DNA of 64,000 nucleotides from an uncultured delta proteobacterium (lineage in GTDB: Bacteria; Desulfobacterota; Desulfuromonadia; Geobacterales; DSM-12255). The notes under the pieces were generated by a model. That model made no database searches, was not told the DNA's origin, and saw nothing but the letters and a program-made list of their open reading frames with translations. Each line of letters begins with the position of its first letter. Position 1 is the stretch's first letter. The DNA lies in contig CAWBBV010000016.1 in assembly GCA_963787125.1 (NCBI GenBank), positions 1-64,000 on the forward strand, in the 5' to 3' direction. Positions 57,404 to 64,000 of this stretch are shown here, one piece after another. The translations under genes and the position numbers were made by a program.

Positions 57404-58774
57404 CTATTTCTTCTTCAAAATCCAGCCGTCCTTGTTAACCTGCGGAGTCCGGGCGATTGCCAGTGAATCCGGCGGGACATCTTTAGTGATAGTAGTTCCG
57501 GCAGCTATCAGTGAGTTGCTGCCGACTGTCACCGGAGCAACCAGCTGGACATCGCTGCCGACAAAGACATTGTCGCCGATAATCGTCCGATGTTTTTTAA
57601 CGCCGTCATAATTGCAGGTGATTGTGCCGCAGCCGATATTGACATCTTTCCCTATATCCGCATCGCCAAGATAGGTGAGATGTGACGCCTTTGACCCCGC
57701 CCCCATGACGATCTTCTTGGTTTCGACAAAATTACCGATCTTCACATGGTCGCCAAGGTTGGAGCCGGGTCTTAAGTGAGCCATCGGGCCGATGGAGACT
57801 TCATTCCCGAGCACTGACTCCGCCAGCACTGAGCCTGTCTTGATGGTTACACTTTCACCTATCCTGCAATCACGGATCACTGCACCGGACTCAAGCAGAC
57901 AGTTGGCGCCGATAACAGTACTGCCTGAAATATGAACGTTCGGATAAATAATTGTGTCTCTGCCGATGGAGACCCCTGCTTCGATATAGGTAGTTGCCGG
58001 ATCGATCAGGGTTACTCCGGAAAGCATCAGCTCCCGGTTGATACGACTACGCTGGATTGTCGCCGCAGCCGCAAGCTGCACCCGGTCATTGACGCCCATG
58101 ACTTCATCCGGATCAGCGGTGGGAAATGCCAGGCAGAGGCGGTTCTGCTCGGCGGCAATCCTGACGATATCAGTCAGGTAGTATTCCCCTTGGGCATTGT
58201 CGCACTTCAGCCCGGACAGAGCATCGAAAAGGAACTCGGCGGACACACAATATATGCCTGAATTAATTTCCGTAATTTCCTGCTCTTCAGAATTTGCATC
58301 CTTCTCTTCGACAATTCTGCTGATTCTTCCACCTTCACGTTTGACAATCCGGCCATAGCCGAAAGGGTTGTCAAGGTGGGTTGTCAATACAGACACTGCC
58401 GCGCCCCGTTTTTCATGATTGGCAAGCATGGCAAGCAGCGTTTCATGGCGAAGGAGCGGCACATCGCCGCAAAGGATTAAAATAGTCCCGTTGAAACCTT
58501 CAAGTGCTGCACGCGCGCAAGCGGCAGCATGACCTGTACCAAGCTGTTCCTCCTGAGTTGCAAAGGTTATTGAATCGTCCGCGGCAAAGAGCTCCCTTAC
58601 CCTGTCAGCCTGATGCCCCACCACAATCGTAACTCGCCCGGCACCGGCAGCCTTGGCTGCCAGAACCGACCAGGAGATCATCGGCTTACCCCCCACACCG
58701 TGCATAATTTTTAACAGGCCGGACTTCATCCGTGTTCCCATACCTGCTGCAAGAATTACCGCTGCGACACTCAT
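57404..58774 (-). CDS. glmU: Bifunctional UDP-GlcNAc pyrophosphorylase / GlcN-1-P acetyltransferase
   Basis: ILAAGMGTRMKS, QLGTGHA, EYYLTD, hexapeptide repeats and HLTYLGDA. Confidence 0.97.
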   Translation of the reverse strand: MSVAAVILAAGMGTRMKSGLLKIMHGVGGKPMISWSVLAAKAAGAGRVTIVVGHQADRVRELFAADDSITFATQEEQLGTGHAAACARAALEGFNGTILILCGDVPLLRHETLLAMLANHEKRGAAVSVLTTHLDNPFGYGRIVKREGGRISRIVEEKDANSEEQEITEINSGIYCVSAEFLFDALSGLKCDNAQGEYYLTDIVRIAAEQNRLCLAFPTADPDEVMGVNDRVQLAAAATIQRSRINRELMLSGVTLIDPATTYIEAGVSIGRDTIIYPNVHISGSTVIGANCLLESGAVIRDCRIGESVTIKTGSVLAESVLGNEVSIGPMAHLRPGSNLGDHVKIGNFVETKKIVMGAGSKASHLTYLGDADIGKDVNIGCGTITCNYDGVKKHRTIIGDNVFVGSDVQLVAPVTVGSNSLIAAGTTITKDVPPDSLAIARTPQVNKDGWILKKK

Positions 58775-58951
58775 AATGATATGACCTCCAATTCACGACA
58801 CTCGGCCAATTTTACCCACTAAATCAGATTTGACACTTTAGACGATACTGCTTGCCATCGTCAAGAAATTAAGCCTTTTACATAATCCTGGGACCTCGTT
58901 TTGACTTTACACAAAGCAGTGATGCGTTTATATTCTCTAACCGGAGAAACC

Positions 58952-59518
58952 ATGGCAATACTGGATGACATAGCCTTTCTCGAAGGTAATATTGCGGAGC
59001 TGATCATCAAATATGAACAGTACTTCCTCGGCATTGAAAAAAGGGAACCGCAAAACCTCTGCGAAGATATAGAGCGCTTCATCAGGCGCTACAATACCGC
59101 CTCGATTGTCAATACAATGCACAAATTCAAGTTTAACACGCTCGTCGGCAAGTTCAACAGCTACAAACAGTACTGGACACGGACAAACCGGCTCATTGAA
59201 GAGGGGAAATATTCGCGCGACCGTTTCAAGATGGCACGCCACCTGACTGAAGGTGGGGCTCGTTCACCGCTGGAAACTCATGAAAGATCCCATGAAAACG
59301 ACGTGGAAATTGTCTTCCAGCACTATCTTGAGGCGCGCAGGAAGTGTAACCTCCCCACTGAAAATCTCAGCAGAGAGACAATGTTCGCTGCGATTGAAAA
59401 GCAACGTGAAGCGCTCAAAAGCAAACATCACTGTGCTGATGTCGAGTTTAGGGTGGTAATCGAAGACGGGGCGCCCAAACTCAAGGCTAGACCGGCCAAA
59501 ATTTCTGTGAGCCGTTGA
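58952..59518 (+). CDS. Conserved hypothetical protein (resembles the MXAN_5187 C-terminal domain family)
   Basis: ATG 58952 after GGAG. YEQYFLGIEKREP and VEFRVVIEDGAPKLKA motifs. Confidence 0.6.
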   Translation: MAILDDIAFLEGNIAELIIKYEQYFLGIEKREPQNLCEDIERFIRRYNTASIVNTMHKFKFNTLVGKFNSYKQYWTRTNRLIEEGKYSRDRFKMARHLTEGGARSPLETHERSHENDVEIVFQHYLEARRKCNLPTENLSRETMFAAIEKQREALKSKHHCADVEFRVVIEDGAPKLKARPAKISVSR

Positions 59519-59520
59519 AA

Positions 59521-61407
59521 ATGCCCGTCACCAAAACGCTCAGGATAACTCTTGTCTCAATCCATCCGCTAAAATCTCCCCAATCCGTCCCACTTGCGGG
59601 CGCTTTTCTTGCAGCAGCCCTAAAAGCCGCACCCGACCTTGCCGGGCAGGTGGCTGTAACCGTCATAAACCTGTATGCAGAGCAGACAGCTGCAGAGTGT
59701 GCGGCCGCTGTCAGAGCTACAATGCCGGATATGGCCGGTTTTTCAATCTACGCCTGGAACCGGGCGCTAAGCGTAGCGACCGCGAAACTCCTCAAAACAA
59801 CTAATCCGGAAGTGACCTTATTTTGCGGCGGCGCAGAAGCAACTGCGGATCAGTTCCGACTCCTTTGTGAAGCGCCCTTTAGCTTTCTGATTCATGGCGA
59901 GGGCGAAGCGACCTTGACCAGAGTGGTAAAGCTTCTTTGCCAGGGGGGCAAGATCAGCGGGACTCCAGGCACGGCAGTCCTTGAAAACGGTAGCTTGAAA
60001 TCATCTCCGGCACCGGCAGTGCTTGACCTTGAAACCCTCCCCTCGCCACTTCTCAGTAGAGAGATCGACCCTGCAGATTACTCCGGGATGCTCTGGCAGA
60101 TTGCCCGCGGCTGCAGCTTTGCCTGCGATTTCTGTTTTGACGGCGGCGGCAGCCGCAAAGTCAGGCGTTTTCCTCTGGAACGGATTGCAGCAGAACTACG
60201 CTGGTTTGCCACTAACAGGGTCGCCCAGGTCTTTGTGCTCGACTCCACTTTCAATAGCGACCGGGAGCGGGCAGTCAAAATCCTCAAACTGATCAAAAAA
60301 ATCGCCCCACAGATTCATTTCCATTTCGAGGTCAGAAGCGAATTCATTGACAGGCAGCAGGCAGAGCTGTTTGCAGCAATTACCTGTTCGCTGCAGATAG
60401 GGCTGCAGAGTGCCGATGCAGCAGTGCTGAAGCAGTCGGGCAGAAACTTCAGCAAAGCTGATTTTGCTGCCAAAATAGCCCTGCTCAATGAGACCGGGGC
60501 GGTATTCGGCTTCGATCTTATCTACGGACTCCCCGGTGATACTCTTGACGGTTTCAGAAACAGTGTGGATTTTGCCCTTGGACTCTACCCTAACCATCTC
60601 GACATCTTTCCACTGGCACTGCTCCCCGGCACCGTACTTGCGGCACGCAGCGCTGAGCTGCAACTGGCGCACCAGCCCGCCCCCCCCTACACCCTGACAG
60701 CGTCGCCTGCTTTTCCGGAAAAAGATCTGGCCATAGCCGCCAAACTCGCTACTGGCTGCGACACCTTTTACAGCCGCGGGAAAGCCGTCCCCTGGTTCTT
60801 GAGCGCACTTCATCCTCTCACGCTTAGGCCGAGCCGGTTTCTGGAAGATTTTTGCGAATACGTCGAAAAGAGGGGGATAAAGCCAAAAGATATCGAAGGA
60901 TTGAGCGAGGAGAGTATTTTTGACCTTCAGTGCAGCTTCATCTCGGCACTCTTCAGGGCGAAGCGGCTGATAAAGCTACTGCCGGCAGCTCTGGACATGA
61001 TTACCTATAACTATCACTATGCTGCCGCACTGATGGCAACGCCACCGGCGTTGCCTCATCAAGCGCAACTTGAAAAGATTGATCCGGCCAAACTACCGCT
61101 CAAACTCGCCGGGTCAGCCCGCCTGGCCACTTTCAACTACGAGGTATTGGAAATCCTGGAGTCGGGGATCGCTGATCTGCGGGAACTGACGGCAACCCTT
61201 TCACCGACAGGGTCAACGGCTGTCATCTACCCGAAAGCCGGCGAAGTCCTGACGGAATCACTTTTCGCGGTTTACGCCAAGCTTCTTGAGCAGCTCGATG
61301 GAAGGGAGCAAGCCGGTGTGCATGCAGCAAAACTCGGCATCCCGCCCGAAGATACGGCGGCGTTTCTGGAGTTTGCCATGTTAGAGGGGATAGTGACTCA
61401 AGAGTAA
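59521..61407 (+). CDS. B12-binding radical SAM protein
   Basis: GFSIYAWN...GGAEA...GEGE cobalamin-binding domain and RGCSFACDFC (CxxxCxxC). Confidence 0.9.
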   Translation: MPVTKTLRITLVSIHPLKSPQSVPLAGAFLAAALKAAPDLAGQVAVTVINLYAEQTAAECAAAVRATMPDMAGFSIYAWNRALSVATAKLLKTTNPEVTLFCGGAEATADQFRLLCEAPFSFLIHGEGEATLTRVVKLLCQGGKISGTPGTAVLENGSLKSSPAPAVLDLETLPSPLLSREIDPADYSGMLWQIARGCSFACDFCFDGGGSRKVRRFPLERIAAELRWFATNRVAQVFVLDSTFNSDRERAVKILKLIKKIAPQIHFHFEVRSEFIDRQQAELFAAITCSLQIGLQSADAAVLKQSGRNFSKADFAAKIALLNETGAVFGFDLIYGLPGDTLDGFRNSVDFALGLYPNHLDIFPLALLPGTVLAARSAELQLAHQPAPPYTLTASPAFPEKDLAIAAKLATGCDTFYSRGKAVPWFLSALHPLTLRPSRFLEDFCEYVEKRGIKPKDIEGLSEESIFDLQCSFISALFRAKRLIKLLPAALDMITYNYHYAAALMATPPALPHQAQLEKIDPAKLPLKLAGSARLATFNYEVLEILESGIADLRELTATLSPTGSTAVIYPKAGEVLTESLFAVYAKLLEQLDGREQAGVHAAKLGIPPEDTAAFLEFAMLEGIVTQE

Positions 61408-61431
61408 CAAAAGAACTATTCAATAAACAGT

Positions 61432-62958
61432 TCAAAGCGGCAGTGTAAAAGTAACCCTGGTGCCTTCCTGCTGACGGCTTTTCAAATTTATTTCTCCGCC
61501 ATGACCTTCGACAATGTCCCGTACAATACAGAGACCGATCCCCAGTCCACCTGGGGCAGTATTTGATGAATCGGCACGGAAGAACTTGTCAAAGACGCGA
61601 CGCACTTCAGTCTCACTCATGCCTATCCCCTGATCACTGACGCAAAAACTCACCATCGCACCGGCCAGTCGAATCTCCAATGTTACTGTGCCACCTTGCG
61701 GTGAATACTTGATGGCATTACAGAGCAGATTCTCCAGCACCTGGATGATCCGCCCGCCGTCACATGAAATTTTTTCAGGAAGATCCGGGCCGCAGGAGAG
61801 TTCCACTACATGCTGCGGCGCACTCCGGCTGAAATAACCAATAACGCGTTCCACCAGCGGCAATAGAGCAATCTTTTGCCGCACCATCTTCAGCCTGCGG
61901 CCAACCTGAATAAGGCTTAAATCGTGCAGATCGTCTATTAAACGCGACATGCTTTCACCATGGGCAGAGATCTCCCGGGCGAACATTTGCTGACTGTTCA
62001 AGTCCGTTCCTTCTTCGGCAAACAGCTCCGCATACCCCATAATGGCTGTCAGGGGGGTGCGGAGCTCATGGGCGGCAATAGAGATGAATTCGTCCTTGGC
62101 CCGGTCCAGGTCTTGCAGAAACTGCTGACTCCGTTTGTAGGTTATGGCAATGGCAGTCAGCGAAGCGGCTGAAGTGATCAGGTCAAGTTCGTCTGGTTGC
62201 GGTTCGCGCGGGGTATCGTAGTAGATGGCAAAACTGCCGAGCAGGCTGCCGTCTCCGGCAATAATCGGCTCGGACCAGCAGGCGCGCATAGGTGTACGGG
62301 AAACGAGCCGCCGTGCCCTTTCCCAGTAAGGATGATTCAGAATGTCGGCAACAACTACCCGCTCACGGCGGTATGCAGCTGTACCGCAGGAGCCGACACC
62401 ATCACCGATGCGCATCCCCTCAATAGCGTCGCTATAAAAATCAGGAAGACTTGGCGCCGCAGCCTTATGCAGTGTACCGCGCTCGGCATCCAGTGTCAGA
62501 ATTGAACAGCGCATCCCCTCGCCAAGTGTCTCAATATAGCGGACTATCGTTTCACAAATCTCGGGGAGACTGTTATCGTTATAGAGGAGTTCCAGAACCT
62601 TCGCGCGCCCTTTTTGGATCTGCTGCTCGAGGTGATCGCTGGTCTGGTCGCGAACCTGAAGAATAAAATTGTCAGCGGAGTTATCAGTGGATTCGAGTGA
62701 AAGAGTACAGGTGTCACCCCAACACAACTGACCGTCACTGGAGAGATAGCGGAGACGAGCCGAAGCATCTGCTTTCGGGAGTGAATCGTCGGGATGAAGC
62801 AGTGTGGAAAGAGGAAGCCCTTCAAGCTGTTGCTCCGAATACCGGGTAAACCGCGTAAAAGCTTGATTAACTCTGGTGATACAACCGTTAACATTGACCA
62901 CTGCATGACCGACCAGAGGGGTGTGAAAGAGGCTGTTAGAGATGTTATTGACTGGCAT
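61432..62958 (-). CDS. PAS-GAF sensor histidine kinase
   Basis: PAS (VNQAF...LHPDD), GAF (GSCGTAA, ACWSEPI), H-box AHELRTPL, NAIKYS, DQGIG and GLGIGL. Confidence 0.93.
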   Translation of the reverse strand: MPVNNISNSLFHTPLVGHAVVNVNGCITRVNQAFTRFTRYSEQQLEGLPLSTLLHPDDSLPKADASARLRYLSSDGQLCWGDTCTLSLESTDNSADNFILQVRDQTSDHLEQQIQKGRAKVLELLYNDNSLPEICETIVRYIETLGEGMRCSILTLDAERGTLHKAAAPSLPDFYSDAIEGMRIGDGVGSCGTAAYRRERVVVADILNHPYWERARRLVSRTPMRACWSEPIIAGDGSLLGSFAIYYDTPREPQPDELDLITSAASLTAIAITYKRSQQFLQDLDRAKDEFISIAAHELRTPLTAIMGYAELFAEEGTDLNSQQMFAREISAHGESMSRLIDDLHDLSLIQVGRRLKMVRQKIALLPLVERVIGYFSRSAPQHVVELSCGPDLPEKISCDGGRIIQVLENLLCNAIKYSPQGGTVTLEIRLAGAMVSFCVSDQGIGMSETEVRRVFDKFFRADSSNTAPGGLGIGLCIVRDIVEGHGGEINLKSRQQEGTRVTFTLPL

Positions 62959-63026
62959 CAGAGCAATTTCCTTGTAAATGACAGCGGCCTGAATAACATC
63001 AAAACATTGTTATTGCTCTAATTAAA

Positions 63027-63042
63027 AGCAAATTGTGTGCCG
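63027..63042 (-). promoter_or_regulatory. Putative sigma54 promoter of the kinase gene
   Basis: CGGCAC-ACAAT-TTGCT with exact GG-N10-GC spacing, ~70 nt upstream of the ATG. Confidence 0.6.
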
Positions 63043-63241
63043 ACCTCACTGCAGATTTCCAGTCCTGCCACAGACGTATCATCAATGAATTTATTCCAGA
63101 ACCAATAAAGTAGTCGCGTCTCCTTAACCTCTCCAACGAATTACCCTAACTCATCCAGCGGCTTAAGCGCGCTGAAATTTGAGACCCGATTTCCAACAGC
63201 TGATTGTCCGCACAAGCTATGCTGAAGCTCCTGGATAAGCG

Positions 63242-64000
63242 TCACTGATACTGGATATAAACCGGCTTCGGATTAAGTTTGAGCAGATCCTGCGGTGTCA
63301 TGAGCGGATCACCTTTTTTCGTATCGTTATGATAGAAGAGCTTGAAGCCGGTGTACTGCACCGGTTCGGCGACAACATACGCCTTGTAAGAGTCCCGCTT
63401 GAGCCAGGGGGCGCCCCAACCGTCCATATGCATGACAATCTGCACTTCCGGCCGCAGGGCAATGTTTTTGGAGTTGGTTACGCCGTTTTTGGTAAAGCGG
63501 TGCACCGTAAAGACCTTTGGCGGCAGGTTGTACTTTTTAACCAGCCCCTGCAGATAACCCGCTGCAAAATTTATATCCGCGGCATCATAGGTGCCGATCT
63601 TGGTTCCCGGTTTCTTGCCGCTGGCAATAAGGTTGAATTCCGGATCCATGCCGAGATGCACGTCAGGATTTTTCAGGATCCATTCAAAGCGGGGAAGGAG
63701 CGTACGGATATCTTCGTGACCGGTCTGAATGTCGATAAAAAGCAGCGCATTAGCCTCTTTCGCCCAGCCATAAATCTGATTAATAGTCGCGTCAGGCATG
63801 ATCATCCGGTACTTACCGGCTTTGCCGGGCGCCCCTTGGGCGACAACCGCGATCAGATGGAGTGCCGGCTGCACCGGCAGTGCCGGATCAGCGGCCTGCC
63901 AGCGCGCCACCTCGACCTTGAGACGGCTCAGCATCTCATCCTTTGGGTATTCACCTAAAGCACCCATCTTTTTGGAAAGAGGATTGCCATAATAGGCAAC
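63242..64000 (-). CDS. Conserved hypothetical protein, 5'-partial (possibly exported)
   Basis: Frame is open to the window edge (VAYYGNPLSKKMGALGEYP...). Motifs DIQTG, VHLGMDPEF, MDGWG and GFKLFY. Confidence 0.6.
   Translation of the reverse strand, partial: VAYYGNPLSKKMGALGEYPKDEMLSRLKVEVARWQAADPALPVQPALHLIAVVAQGAPGKAGKYRMIMPDATINQIYGWAKEANALLFIDIQTGHEDIRTLLPRFEWILKNPDVHLGMDPEFNLIASGKKPGTKIGTYDAADINFAAGYLQGLVKKYNLPPKVFTVHRFTKNGVTNSKNIALRPEVQIVMHMDGWGAPWLKRDSYKAYVVAEPVQYTGFKLFYHNDTKKGDPLMTPQDLLKLNPKPVYIQYQ

Overview
Most of the window (about 1870-64000) looks like a Geobacteraceae/Desulfuromonadia-type chromosome: hisC, a small nitrosative-stress-like cluster, glmS-glmU, a radical SAM gene and a sensor kinase. 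The first ~1.87 kb is an unrelated AT-rich block (outer-membrane barrel, trypsin-like protease) that truncates hisB and is probably a chimeric join. The glmS attTn7 site holds a complete ~40 kb Tn7-like transposon (15410-55487, 5-bp TSD AAGGA, tnsABCDE). Its tnsC is split by a group IIC intron whose removal restores the reading frame. Directly beside it is the right end of an older Tn7-like element and a defence island (type I RM, AbiE toxin-antitoxin, nucleotidyltransferase, RhuM/Fic). The best candidate for an undescribed system is the transposon cargo. It has three tandem ~1000-aa secreted transglutaminase-fold proteins with near-identical bodies (catalytic Cys replaced by Ser) that switch at a GAGGYMISGG motif to unrelated AT-rich hydrophobic C-termini. 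Each is followed by a different small AT-rich membrane protein, and the array is followed by a 4447-aa secreted multidomain protein and a decayed alternative copy of its C-terminal domain. This is the layout of a polymorphic toxin-immunity array with a giant partner; the function is inferred, not shown. ISL3, IS1380 and IS3 elements have inserted into this cargo. All family assignments come from motifs read by eye; no database searches were run.
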